A stretch of 32,000 nucleotides of DNA from Patescibacteria group bacterium (GTDB lineage: Bacteria > Patescibacteriota > Minisyncoccia > UBA6257 > HR35), in NCBI GenBank assembly GCA_023480925.1, contig JAMCWY010000018.1, forward strand, positions 2,295 to 34,294, read 5' to 3'. Made by a program: the position numbers and the translations under genes. Positions 17,183 to 26,750 of this stretch are shown here, in pieces. The notes below the pieces were generated by a model. The model did not search any database. It worked only from the letters and a program-made list of their open reading frames with translations, and was not told where the DNA came from. Each line of letters opens with the position of its first letter. Position 1 is the first letter of the stretch.

Positions 17183-17887
17183 ATGAAAAAGGACCAAAGC
17201 CGGGAGCAATTTAGTTTTATTCCAATTTTGGTTGTTATTATTGTCGTTTTAGTTTCGGCTATCTGGTATTACGGTCAAACCGGTTCAAACCAACCGCCTC
17301 AAGCCAAAGCGACCAACGTTAACGTTAATTTAGACAATGATCCTTATGTTGGCAATGTTCAGGCGCCGATCAAGTTAGTTTATTTTTTCGATTATCAATG
17401 TCCGTTTTGCCGAAGGTTTGAAGAAGAAGTTTTGCCATTGATTGAAAAAAATTATGTCGCGACCGGTAAGATGGTGATTTATTTTCGCGGCAATCAATTT
17501 CTTGGTCCTGATTCAATCACCGCCGGCGTCGCCGGTCAATGTTTGGCTAAACAGATTCAAAATAAAAAATTGAGTTATGATATTTTTGCTCAATGGCAGG
17601 CGGCAATGATGAAAGCTCAGGGCGTTGAAAATAGCGGTTGGGCGAGCGCGGCTAATATTGAAAAGTTGACCACGAGTTTAAATCTAAACGGTATTGATTC
17701 AAATCAATTTAATCAGTGTTTGGATCAACGTTCAACCGTTAATATTGTTAATGAAGAAGCGAAAGCGAACCAAGCGATTGGCGTTGACGGCACGCCCAGT
17801 TTTCTAATTAATGGCAATCTTTACGTTGGCGCGTTGCCTTATGGCCAATTTGTTCAAATTTTTGACCAAATTCTTGGCCAAAAATAA
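17183..17887 (+). CDS. DsbA/BdbD-like thiol:disulfide oxidoreductase, membrane-anchored
   Basis: N-terminal TM helix, FFDYQCPFCRRFEEEV CxxC motif, and C-terminal GVDGTPSFLINGNLYVGALPY. The internal ATG at 17183 was chosen because the upstream part of the ORF overlaps clpP. Confidence 0.85.
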   Translation: MKKDQSREQFSFIPILVVIIVVLVSAIWYYGQTGSNQPPQAKATNVNVNLDNDPYVGNVQAPIKLVYFFDYQCPFCRRFEEEVLPLIEKNYVATGKMVIYFRGNQFLGPDSITAGVAGQCLAKQIQNKKLSYDIFAQWQAAMMKAQGVENSGWASAANIEKLTTSLNLNGIDSNQFNQCLDQRSTVNIVNEEAKANQAIGVDGTPSFLINGNLYVGALPYGQFVQIFDQILGQK

Positions 17888-18009
17888 TTTAAGCAATAAA
17901 CGGCTTTTATTAATAGTTTTCAGTGATTTTTCATCATTTTAGTCTAAGGTCATTTATTCTAAATAAATAATAATTAGCGGTTGGAGTAGGCGATGCTTCT
18001 TCAACACTA

Positions 18010-18038
18010 TTGACTTAAATCGTTAAATAGTTTATAAT
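18010..18038 (+). promoter_or_regulatory. Near-consensus sigma-70 promoter for rpoBC
   Basis: TTGACT (18010-18015), exact 17-nt spacer, TATAAT (18033-18038). The predicted 5' UTR is about 160 nt. Confidence 0.6.
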
Positions 18039-18203
18039 CTGAATGTTAATATCGCTTAAAGATATATGTTTTTAAATTTTTAATTTTCCCGGCTGAGGCT
18101 AGCCGAAAAAGACGTCGGCGACTTTTTTAGTGTCTTAAAAATAAGGACATTTACGAAAAAGTATTTTAGTTAATTTGTTAAAGGTCCTTAGCAAAGATCG
18201 ACC

Positions 18204-21200
18204 ATGTTTTCTTTAACAAAAAAATTCGGGTATTTTTTAAATTTGGATAAAAAATATCTAACTGGGTCGAAGGAAGAAAGTTTTAAAAAATTTTTGGATC
18301 AGGGTTTGAAGAAAGTTTTCACTGAGTTTTGCCCGATTTACGATTATTCGGGCAAAGAACTCAAACTCGAATTCGTTGGCTATCGTTTTGAAAATCCGAA
18401 GTTTAGCGAGGACGAAGCGAGGTATCGTGGCATCACTTACGAAGCGTCCTTGCGCGTAACTTTTCGATTGACTAATTTATTGACTAAGGCGGTTGACGAA
18501 CAAGAAATTTATTTTGGCAACATCCCTTATATTACTGATCGGGAAACTTTTATTATTAATGGTAATGAAAGAATTGTGATTAGTCAGTTGCTTCGTTCGC
18601 CTGGTCTTTATTTTAATTTCATTCCGTTTGGCGATCGAAAATTATTCGGCGCCAAAATTATTCCTAGTCTCGGCGCTTGGTTGGAATTTCAGGTTGAGCC
18701 AACTAATATTCTCCAAGCTCGAGTTAACCGAAAGAAGAAAGTCGCCGCGACGACCTTGCTTAAAGCCTTTCAAGTTAACAATGAGGAAATCAATAATCTT
18801 TTTAAAGATCTCAAAGATCAATACAATATTATCGCCAATACTTTAAAAAAGGATAATACCGAAGATTATGAAGAAGCAGTCTTACTAATCCACTCGAAAC
18901 TTAAGCCTTTTGAGCCAAATATATTCGATAACGCTCTTTCTTTTTTCCAAGATTTGTTTTTAGACAGCAAGCATTATTCGCTTGGCCAGATCGGTCGATT
19001 TCATTTTGACCGACGACTGGGTCAGACAAACAAAAATTTAGTCTTGACCAAAGAAGATTTGGTCAAAATTATTTCGGAAACGATTAAATTGACTAACGAC
19101 GCTCAAGCTCAAGCTGATGATATTGACGCGCTTTATAATCGTCGCGTTAGAAGTGTCCAGGAACTTTTGGAAAATCAAGCCCGTTTGGGTTTGGCTCGGA
19201 TGGTTAAAAATATCAAAGATCGAATGAGCGTGGTTGATAAGACCGCCGCGATCGTGCCGTCCCAATTAGTTTATCCGAAAATTTTTGTCAATACGGTTAA
19301 AGAATTTTTTAATCTTTCGCCTTTGTCACAACTTTTAGATCAGAATAATCCACTTTCAGAGCTTGAACATAAACGTCGGATCACTGCCAGCGGCCCCGGC
19401 GGTTTGACCAAGGAACGGGCTGGTTTTGATGTTCGTGATGTTCATCCAACTTCTTACGGCCGAATTTGTCCGGTTCAAACGCCCGAGGGCGCCAATATTG
19501 GTTTGACTTCATATTTGGCTCTTTACGCCAAGTCGGATCAGAATGGTTTTTTGCAAGCGCCTTATCATAAAGTTAGCGATGGAAAAATCAAAAAAAATAA
19601 CATCACTTACTTATCCGCCGACGCCGAATATGATTTTAATATCGCTTCAATCCCTAATGAGATGAATAACAAAGAGGGTCAAGAACTACCCAAGATGGTT
19701 GAGGGCCGAGTCAAGGGCGAGTCGGGTTTGCTCGATCGGAAAGAAATCGAGTTAATCGATCTTTCGTCTCAGCAGCCATTTTCGGTAAGTGTTAACCTGA
19801 TTCCTTTTTTGGAAAATACCGACGCGAACCGAGCCCAGATGGGCGCGAATATGCAAAAACAGGCAGTTGTTTTAGTTAAGCCCGACATCCCAACCGTTTC
19901 AACTGGTCTGGAAGATCAGGTTGGCCGCGAAAGCGGTTATGTTATTTTAGCCGAAGCCGATGGCGAAGTCGTTGAAGTTGATGGCCAACATTTGACTGTC
20001 GCTTATCAGACTTCAAAAAATAAACAAAAGAAAACTTATCTTTTTAAAAAATATCAAAAGACAAATAGTTTTACTTCAACTAATCAGCGGCCGCTGGTTC
20101 AGCCAGGTCAAAAGTTTAGAAAGGACGATGTTTTGGTTGATGGACCGGCGACCAACCGAGGTGTTTTGGCTTTGGGTCGAAACACCCTGGTTGGTTTTTT
20201 GAGTTGGCAGGGTTATAACTTTGAAGACGCGATTATTATTTCCGAAAAAGTTTGCCGGGAAGATTATTTCACTTCAATTTATGTTGAAGAATTCACGACT
20301 GACGTTCGTTATACTAAACTCGGTCCCGAAGAAATTACTTCTGACATCCCCAATGTGCCGGAAGCGAAACTAAGGAACTTGGACGTTGACGGTATTATTC
20401 GATTAGGTGCTCAAGTTAAGGCCGGCGATATTTTGGTCGGTAAGATTACACCGAAAAAAGAAGTTGAGGTCACACCCGAAGAAAAATTGCTTCGATCCAT
20501 CTTTGGCGAAAAAATTGAGGACATTAAAGATTCGTCTCTGTACCTTGAACCAGGCAAATCCGGCAAGGTCGTCCGCGTTAAATCGCTTAGTCGAGAGAAG
20601 GGGGAGTTGTCCGAGCCCGGCGTTTTAAATAGAATCAGCGTTGAAATAGCGAAATTGAGAAAAATTTCCGTAGGCGATAAACTGGCTAATCGTTACGGCA
20701 ACAAGGGTATTATTTCGATTATCGTGCCGGAAGAGGATATGCCGTTTTTGCCCGACGGCCGGCCGCTTGAAGTTATCTTAAATCCTCTTGGTGTTATTTC
20801 AAGAATGAACCTGGGCCAAATTTTCGAAACTCATCTTGGTTTGGCTGCCCATAAGCTTGGCTATCGATCCTTAGTGCCGGCGATGTCTGGCGTAACGGAA
20901 GAACAGCTTCAGGCGGAATTAAAAAAAGCGGGTTTGGCTCAAGACGGCAAGACAATTTTATACGATGGTCGCACCGGTCAAGCTTTTAAACAAAAAGTCA
21001 CTGTTGGTTATATGTATCTTTTGAAATTAATTCATATGGTTGAGGATAAAATTCACGCCCGCTCGGTTGGGCCTTACTCGCTCATTACCCAACAGCCGCT
21101 TGGCGGCAAAGCTCAATTCGGCGGTCAACGCTTGGGCGAGATGGAAGTTTGGGCTTTAGAGGCTTATGGCGCGGTTAATATTCTTGATGAGATGTTGACG

Positions 21201-21455
21201 GTTAAGTCCGATGATATCAAGGGCCGGTCGGTTACATATACCAATATTATTCGAGGCGAGAACGCGCAAAAGCCATCGGTGCCCTCGGCTTTTAATCTTT
21301 TACAAAAAGAACTCCAAGGTTTATGTCTGGGCGTTGACATTAAAAGAGAAGAGAAAGTTTTAGCCGAAGAAGATCAGGTCAAAGACGAAGTTGAAAAAGA
21401 AGGTTCGACGGATTTGGACCAGAAACAACAATTAAGCCAGATAAAAAAAGAATAA
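18204..21455 (+). CDS. rpoB: DNA-directed RNA polymerase subunit beta
   Basis: 1083 aa with conserved blocks: GNIPYITDRETFIINGNERIVISQLLRSPG, HKRRITASGPGGLT, GANMQKQAV, NRYGNKGIIS, GGKAQFGGQRLGEMEVWALEAYGA. Confidence 0.97.
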   Translation: MFSLTKKFGYFLNLDKKYLTGSKEESFKKFLDQGLKKVFTEFCPIYDYSGKELKLEFVGYRFENPKFSEDEARYRGITYEASLRVTFRLTNLLTKAVDEQEIYFGNIPYITDRETFIINGNERIVISQLLRSPGLYFNFIPFGDRKLFGAKIIPSLGAWLEFQVEPTNILQARVNRKKKVAATTLLKAFQVNNEEINNLFKDLKDQYNIIANTLKKDNTEDYEEAVLLIHSKLKPFEPNIFDNALSFFQDLFLDSKHYSLGQIGRFHFDRRLGQTNKNLVLTKEDLVKIISETIKLTNDAQAQADDIDALYNRRVRSVQELLENQARLGLARMVKNIKDRMSVVDKTAAIVPSQLVYPKIFVNTVKEFFNLSPLSQLLDQNNPLSELEHKRRITASGPGGLTKERAGFDVRDVHPTSYGRICPVQTPEGANIGLTSYLALYAKSDQNGFLQAPYHKVSDGKIKKNNITYLSADAEYDFNIASIPNEMNNKEGQELPKMVEGRVKGESGLLDRKEIELIDLSSQQPFSVSVNLIPFLENTDANRAQMGANMQKQAVVLVKPDIPTVSTGLEDQVGRESGYVILAEADGEVVEVDGQHLTVAYQTSKNKQKKTYLFKKYQKTNSFTSTNQRPLVQPGQKFRKDDVLVDGPATNRGVLALGRNTLVGFLSWQGYNFEDAIIISEKVCREDYFTSIYVEEFTTDVRYTKLGPEEITSDIPNVPEAKLRNLDVDGIIRLGAQVKAGDILVGKITPKKEVEVTPEEKLLRSIFGEKIEDIKDSSLYLEPGKSGKVVRVKSLSREKGELSEPGVLNRISVEIAKLRKISVGDKLANRYGNKGIISIIVPEEDMPFLPDGRPLEVILNPLGVISRMNLGQIFETHLGLAAHKLGYRSLVPAMSGVTEEQLQAELKKAGLAQDGKTILYDGRTGQAFKQKVTVGYMYLLKLIHMVEDKIHARSVGPYSLITQQPLGGKAQFGGQRLGEMEVWALEAYGAVNILDEMLTVKSDDIKGRSVTYTNIIRGENAQKPSVPSAFNLLQKELQGLCLGVDIKREEKVLAEEDQVKDEVEKEGSTDLDQKQQLSQIKKE

Positions 21456-24400
21456 TGAAACAGATGGAGATTAGTTCAACTGGTTTAAAATTGGCCTCAC
21501 CTGAAGAAATTTTAAACTGGAGTTATGGCGAACCGACAAAACCGGAGACGGTTAATTATCGAACCGGCCGGCCTGATCGAGAGGGTCTTTTTTCCGAGGT
21601 CATTTTTGGTCCGACGAAAGATTTTGAATGCGCTTGCGGCAAGTATAAAAAAAATCAATTCGCCAAGGTTACTTGCGATCGCTGCGGCGTTGAAGTTACT
21701 CATTCATCCGTTCGGCGAGAAAGAATGGGCCACATTACCTTAGCCACGCCAATCGCCCATATTTGGTTTTTAAAAGTTTATCCATACTCGCTCAGTCTTT
21801 TTCTTGATATCCCGGTTCAACAGATTGAGAAGGTTGTTTATTATTCCGCTTATATTATTATGAGCGTTGACGAGGAAGCAAAGAAAAAAATTTTAACCAA
21901 TCTTGAGCGGGATTACAAAGAAAAAATAAAGAAGTTTGAAAATGATGAGATGAAAAAAGAAATTGATACAACTTATCGCCGGATTAAAGAAGAGCTTAAG
22001 GCTATTGAGGTTAAGCGCGTTATTTCCGACGTTGAATTTTTTAACTGGTCAAGGAAATTCCCGAATCTGTTTGAAGTTGGCATCGGCGCTGATGCCATTC
22101 GTCGTTTTCTCGAAGAGCTTGATTTGAACAAACTTAAACGTGAAACTGAAACAAAGCTGGCTAAAGCGACAAACCTGGCCATGCGCAAGCGTTTGTCAAT
22201 GAAAATAAAGTTTATCAAAGCTTTTATTCAACATCAGCGTCGGCCGGAATGGATGATTTTGACGATTATGCCGATTATCCCGCCCGATCTTCGACCAATT
22301 GTCCATCTTGATGGCGGCAAGATTGCCTCGTCCGATTTAAATGATCTTTATCGCAAGGTTATCAATCGTAATAATCGTTTAAAAAAACTTCACGAAATAA
22401 AAGCGCCGGAAATAATCATTAACAACGAAAAACGGATGCTTCAAGAAGCGGTTGATTCTTTGTTCGATAGCTCTTTAAAAAAGGTCAAAGGTCAGTCGAG
22501 TGATCAACGGAAGGTTCTGAAATCTTTAAGCGACGTTCTGAAGGGCAAGCAGGGTCGTTTCCGCCAAAATCTGCTCGGTAAAAGAGTCGACTATTCCGGT
22601 CGGTCGGTTATCGCCGTCGGCCCAAATATGAAAGTGAACGAGTGCGGTTTGCCTAAAAAAATCGCTTTAGAAATTTTTAAGCCGTTTATCATCTACGAAC
22701 TTTTGAAATTGGAAATTGTTCACACGGTTAAGCAAGCTAATTATTTGATTGAAATTGAAGATCCCGACGCTTTGACCGCTTTGGAAAAGGTTATTCAGAA
22801 TAAATACGTTCTTTTAAATCGCGCTCCGACCTTGCATCGTTTAGGTATTCAGGCTTTTGAAATTTCTTTGGTTGAGGGTTTGGCTATTCGAGTTCCGCCT
22901 CTGGTTTGCACCGCCTATAACGCTGACTTCGATGGAGATCAGATGGCGGTTTTTTTGCCTCTGAGCGATGAGGCTCAAAAGGAAGCGAAAGAAATTTTAA
23001 ACGCGGCCAAAAATCACTTGCGTCTCGGTACCGGCGAAGCGATCACTAATCCGACCAAAGACATTGTTGTTGGTTGTTATCACTTGACTCAGATTTTGTC
23101 TGATCAAAAAAACGCGGTCAAGAAAGTTTATGATACTACCGAAGCAAAACAGCTTTACGAATTTGGTCAAATCGGTTTGGGGGAAAATATCTTGGTTAAG
23201 TCAATCAAAGGTCAATCCAATCTCGAGACGTCGGTTGGTCGGATGATATTTAACGAAGCCTTACCGAGCGACTATCAATTTTTGAACGAGAAGATGGACA
23301 AGAAAAAATTAACTTGGTTGGTTGAAGATATTTACCAAAAATATAACTACGAAGTTTTGGCTTTGGTTTTGAATAAGATTAAAAATTTAGGTTTTGCCTA
23401 CGCGACCGAATCAGGTCTTTCTTTCGCCGTTAGCGACTTGGTTGTTTCGAAAGGAAAAGAAAAAATTATCAAAGAAGCTTTTGAAAAAGAAAACGAAGTT
23501 AAAAAATCTTATCAACAAGGTTTACTTAGTTTGGATGAGAAAAAGATGTTGGTGGTTGAGAACTGGTTGAAAGCGATTCGGGAAATTAATCAAATCCTGC
23601 CGAAGTCTTTAGCCGAAGATTCACCGCCGCGATTAATGATCGATTCGGGCGCCCGCGGGAGCATGGCTCAACTTTCTCAGATGATCGGTATTAAGGGTTT
23701 AGTTGAGAACCCGCGCGGCGATATTATCGAATTACCAGTCGCGAAAAGTTATAAAGAAGGTTTGGGCTCGCTTGAATATTTCATTACTACTCACGGCGCT
23801 CGGAAGGGCGCTTCCGATACGGCCCTGAAGACCGCTCGAGCCGGCTATCTGACTCGACGTATGGTTGATGTCACTAACGATTTGATCGTTCGAGAAATTG
23901 ATTGCGGTGAAAACGAAGGTTTGGTTATAACTAAAACCGAGGCGAAAGAAACCGGTGATACTTTTAATAATAAAATTTATTCTCGAATTATTCTGGAAAC
24001 AGTTAAAGATCAAAAAGGTAATATTATTATCAGCGCCGGCGAATACATCACTCGACCGATCGCAGAAAAACTCGAGCGGGCTCAGGTCGAGAAGGTTAGG
24101 ATCAGGTCGCCCTTTACTTGTAAAACTTTATTTGGCGTTTGCGCTAAATGTTATGGTTTGGATTTAGGCTATGGCAAGCCGATCCAGTTAGGCGAGACCG
24201 TTGGCGTAATCGCGTCTGAATCAATTGGCGAACCGGCGACTCAGTTGACGATGAGAACGTTTCATGTTGGCGGTGTCGCCGGTACGACTGATATCACTCA
24301 GGGCGTGCCTCGAGCCGAAGAACTCTTAGAGGTTCGAACGCCAAAAAGTGAAAGTGTTCTTTCACCGCTTTCGGGCAAGATTAGAAAGATTGAGACGTTG

Positions 24401-25024
24401 CCAAAGTATTATAAATTGACTGTTTTGGGCGAAAAAAAACAAGTGGCGGTTGCCCATGTGCCTCGACCGTTTAATCTATTGGTTAAAGAAGGCGAAAAAG
24501 TTTTAAAGGGTCAGCCTCTTAATGATGGTTCTCAGGACCCGAAGAAAATTTATCTTTATAAAGGCCGGATCGAAGCGTTTAAGTATATTTTGAACGAACT
24601 GAAAAAAGTTTACAACTTTCAAGGCGCTGAAGTTCATGATAAACATATCGAAATAATCGTTCGAAAAATGTTTGCTCGAGTCAAGGTTAAGGAGCCGAAT
24701 GATTCCGATTTCATTCAAGACGAAATTGTCGAAAAAGATATTTTCCTGATTACAAACAGGAGACTAAAAACCGAGGGCAAGAAGATGGCTAAGGGCGTCT
24801 TGGTTTTACTTGGTATAACCAAAGTTGCCTTGACCGCCAACAGCTTTCTTTCGGTTGCTTCATTCCAAGAGACATCGAGAGCCTTAGTCAAGTCGGCCTT
24901 AGAATTTCGCCAAGATCCGCTTCGAGGCTTGAAAGAAAATATTATTATCGGCAAGAAGCCATTGATTGGCGCCTACTATCGTCAAAGTCTTAAATCCGAA
25001 AAAATCGATAGCAAGAGCGAGTAG
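21455..25024 (+). CDS. rpoC: DNA-directed RNA polymerase subunit beta'
   Basis: 1189 aa with the N-terminal Zn finger CACGKYKK...CDRCGVEV, catalytic NADFDGDQMAV, and the trigger-loop/bridge region. TAATG overlap with rpoB. Confidence 0.97.
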   Translation: MKQMEISSTGLKLASPEEILNWSYGEPTKPETVNYRTGRPDREGLFSEVIFGPTKDFECACGKYKKNQFAKVTCDRCGVEVTHSSVRRERMGHITLATPIAHIWFLKVYPYSLSLFLDIPVQQIEKVVYYSAYIIMSVDEEAKKKILTNLERDYKEKIKKFENDEMKKEIDTTYRRIKEELKAIEVKRVISDVEFFNWSRKFPNLFEVGIGADAIRRFLEELDLNKLKRETETKLAKATNLAMRKRLSMKIKFIKAFIQHQRRPEWMILTIMPIIPPDLRPIVHLDGGKIASSDLNDLYRKVINRNNRLKKLHEIKAPEIIINNEKRMLQEAVDSLFDSSLKKVKGQSSDQRKVLKSLSDVLKGKQGRFRQNLLGKRVDYSGRSVIAVGPNMKVNECGLPKKIALEIFKPFIIYELLKLEIVHTVKQANYLIEIEDPDALTALEKVIQNKYVLLNRAPTLHRLGIQAFEISLVEGLAIRVPPLVCTAYNADFDGDQMAVFLPLSDEAQKEAKEILNAAKNHLRLGTGEAITNPTKDIVVGCYHLTQILSDQKNAVKKVYDTTEAKQLYEFGQIGLGENILVKSIKGQSNLETSVGRMIFNEALPSDYQFLNEKMDKKKLTWLVEDIYQKYNYEVLALVLNKIKNLGFAYATESGLSFAVSDLVVSKGKEKIIKEAFEKENEVKKSYQQGLLSLDEKKMLVVENWLKAIREINQILPKSLAEDSPPRLMIDSGARGSMAQLSQMIGIKGLVENPRGDIIELPVAKSYKEGLGSLEYFITTHGARKGASDTALKTARAGYLTRRMVDVTNDLIVREIDCGENEGLVITKTEAKETGDTFNNKIYSRIILETVKDQKGNIIISAGEYITRPIAEKLERAQVEKVRIRSPFTCKTLFGVCAKCYGLDLGYGKPIQLGETVGVIASESIGEPATQLTMRTFHVGGVAGTTDITQGVPRAEELLEVRTPKSESVLSPLSGKIRKIETLPKYYKLTVLGEKKQVAVAHVPRPFNLLVKEGEKVLKGQPLNDGSQDPKKIYLYKGRIEAFKYILNELKKVYNFQGAEVHDKHIEIIVRKMFARVKVKEPNDSDFIQDEIVEKDIFLITNRRLKTEGKKMAKGVLVLLGITKVALTANSFLSVASFQETSRALVKSALEFRQDPLRGLKENIIIGKKPLIGAYYRQSLKSEKIDSKSE

Positions 25025-25164
25025 TTCTTTTCTGGCGATTCTCTTTTTAGAAACAAGCTATTGATCAGACAAAACGGAATTTTTTCTAATTTGCGTTTTA
25101 CTAATGCCTTGCGATGGCAAGATTAAGGAGCCGAAAATCTTCTAAGTCTATTATTTGGTTTAAT

Positions 25165-25812
25165 TTAGTATCCGACCGGAAAATTATATTTCGAAGGAAT
25201 TGAACTGGGTAGTTCTTGGTTTGTTCCGTACGTGATCACGATTTCCTGGTGATCTTCAAGAGCGATTTGACGCGGGTCGCCCGAATAGAGCGAGCCGTTG
25301 ACAAAAACTTTGAGAGATTTGTCGCCTTGATTTTTGTATCCGCCGATGCGTCCCGAAGTGAAATCCACTCCCCAAATATCGAAGAATTGACCAAGGTAAA
25401 AAGTTTTTCGGACCGGCGATTCGACGTGGATGATTCCGGTTCCGTCGTGAGTATGAATATCGGCGATAAAGCCAGCGCCTTGATCAATGCCAATCCCGGC
25501 GGGGATAGCAACTGGTTTACCATCGATAAAAATATCAAGATGTTGATGGATATGAAGCGCAGTTCCTTCCTGAGCTAACGGTCTAAGCCCGATTTGGTTC
25601 AATCTTTCGCGCAAATGCGTCAATCCAGCGGACCAGGGCGCATCGCCTGTTTGGATTCCGGGTAGATTCCCGGGATTAGGATTGTTCGGAGTCGCGGCCT
25701 TCTGACGAAATATTTGGTTAGCGATGATAAGAAGCGTCAAAACCAAAACGATTATTCCGATTACGGTCCACTCTTTGGCTTTTGAAGATATTTTTTGAGA
25801 TTTTTTAGTCAT
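25165..25812 (-). CDS. Hypothetical membrane-anchored exported protein with conserved His motifs (HIHQH ... HTHD)
   Basis: 215 aa with an N-terminal signal-anchor (WTVIGIIVLVLTLLIIA). The body reads ALHIHQHLDIFIDGKPVAIPAGIGID...ADIHTHDGTGIIHVESP...LGQFFDIWGV...VFVNGS. I recognise the pattern as a recurrent uncharacterised family but cannot name it. Confidence 0.7.
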   Translation of the reverse strand: MTKKSQKISSKAKEWTVIGIIVLVLTLLIIANQIFRQKAATPNNPNPGNLPGIQTGDAPWSAGLTHLRERLNQIGLRPLAQEGTALHIHQHLDIFIDGKPVAIPAGIGIDQGAGFIADIHTHDGTGIIHVESPVRKTFYLGQFFDIWGVDFTSGRIGGYKNQGDKSLKVFVNGSLYSGDPRQIALEDHQEIVITYGTNQELPSSIPSKYNFPVGY

Positions 25813-25916
25813 AGTTTTTTTGTTTGCTATTAAGAATTTGATTAATATTTTTTACCAATTTTAAATAATCAGTTTATTTTATAAGCCGTGTTGATCGCGT
25901 AATTTTGTCAGTACTG

Positions 25917-26330
25917 TCAGAAAATTTTCGGATTGAGAATGCCGTCTGAAAATGCGAGTAGAAGGGGATTGAACGCTTTGACGAGTCGGGTTTTATTATA
26001 GTTAAACAGCCGCGCCGCGAACTTAATTGATTCTTCGAATTTAGAAAATGTTTTTTCAAAGAAAATCATAGCTATAGCAATCAAAATCAGAGCAAGGGCG
26101 AGCAGATTCGTCTTTGCCGGTATGCCAAGAAAAATTTGTTGCCATCGCGTCATGTGTTCGAATATGTTCATTCGGCATGCTGTTGTCTGATCTGGTTCAA
26201 GGGGACAAGGAGACATCTGCCCGTTTTTTATTTTCATACTCAAGCCCATTCCGAAAATAAAGACTGAAATAAAATAAACAAGAATGAGTAGTGTCAGGTT
26301 GATAAATAATTTTCTATCCAAGTTAAACAT
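25917..26330 (-). CDS. Hypothetical small two-TM membrane protein with a Cys/His/Trp loop
   Basis: 137 aa. TM1 is at about aa 9-29. The loop reads SPCPLEPDQTTACRMNIFEHMTRWQQIF. TM2 reads LLALALILIAIAMIFF. The amphipathic C-terminal tail ends LLLAFSDGILNPKIF. Same strand as, and 104 nt upstream of, the 25165..25812 ORF. Confidence 0.55.
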   Translation of the reverse strand: MFNLDRKLFINLTLLILVYFISVFIFGMGLSMKIKNGQMSPCPLEPDQTTACRMNIFEHMTRWQQIFLGIPAKTNLLALALILIAIAMIFFEKTFSKFEESIKFAARLFNYNKTRLVKAFNPLLLAFSDGILNPKIF

Positions 26331-26720
26331 AATTTTATTTTATCATAGACCCGGCCGGGCCCCCAAGTCCACCGCATGGAGGCCTTGGCTTAGGTCCATC
26401 GCGCATGCTAATGAAGATATTTAATATCAATGATGTGCGCGAGGTTATGTATCTTTACCGTGGCGTAAAAAGACTGGAACCATAGTCACTACCTTCGTCT
26501 TGAAACGCAAGAGCGGCACTGCGTGTCGTCTGAGTGTCCAAATAAATTTTTTCTACAAGAGAACAAAAGAACGTTTAATTTTTTGATCTTGGAGGATTTT
26601 TATGATTTCACTTGAACCTACTTTATCAAAAATTCGTAAATGATGAAATCCCCGTTACCGCCTCGCTCCGCTCGGCAACCCAAAAGAAAAATGTTCCGTA
26701 CATTTTTGATTTGCACCCGC

Positions 26721-26750
26721 CCGATTTTTTCTTTTAAAAGGAAAAATCGG
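26721..26750. repeat. 30-nt AT-rich near-perfect palindrome
   Basis: CCGATTTTTTCTTTT|AAAAGGAAAAATCGG pairs 14 of 15 positions and is flanked by GC-rich GCACCCGC and CGCCGGCC. Confidence 0.8.

Noticed and set aside
21512-24954. Several 60-93-aa antisense or alternate-frame ORFs within rpoC, and similar ones within rpoB, zwf, uvrB, gyrB and lepA.
   Set aside because: All are nested in strongly supported long conserved genes and have low-complexity translations with no start signals.
25216-25578. A 120-aa plus-strand ORF and a 100-aa alternative minus-frame ORF (25236..25538) inside 25165..25812.
   Set aside because: These are shadow frames of a relatively GC-rich gene. The 215-aa frame has the signal-anchor and the conserved motif pattern, and the others have no features.
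26346-26545. Tried to identify the GC-rich block as RNase P RNA, SRP (4.5S) RNA, tmRNA, 6S RNA, or a TPP, cobalamin or NiCo riboswitch.
   Set aside because: The diagnostic strings are absent on both strands: GAGGAAAGUCC with ACAGAAnnCGGCUUA, GGAAGCAGC next to a GNRA loop, GGGG...tRNA-like ACCA ends, CUGAGA, and B12-box-like GCCACUG. Only loose resemblances (AAGTCC, AGCCAAGG) were seen, so no known class is assigned.
26591-26643. GGAGGA followed 5 nt later by a 13-codon ORF (MISLEPTLSKIRK).
   Set aside because: This is the strongest SD-like string in the window, but genuine genes here mostly lack an SD. The peptide is tiny and has no recognisable leader-peptide or RiPP features. I treat it as chance unless ribosome profiling or conservation says otherwise.
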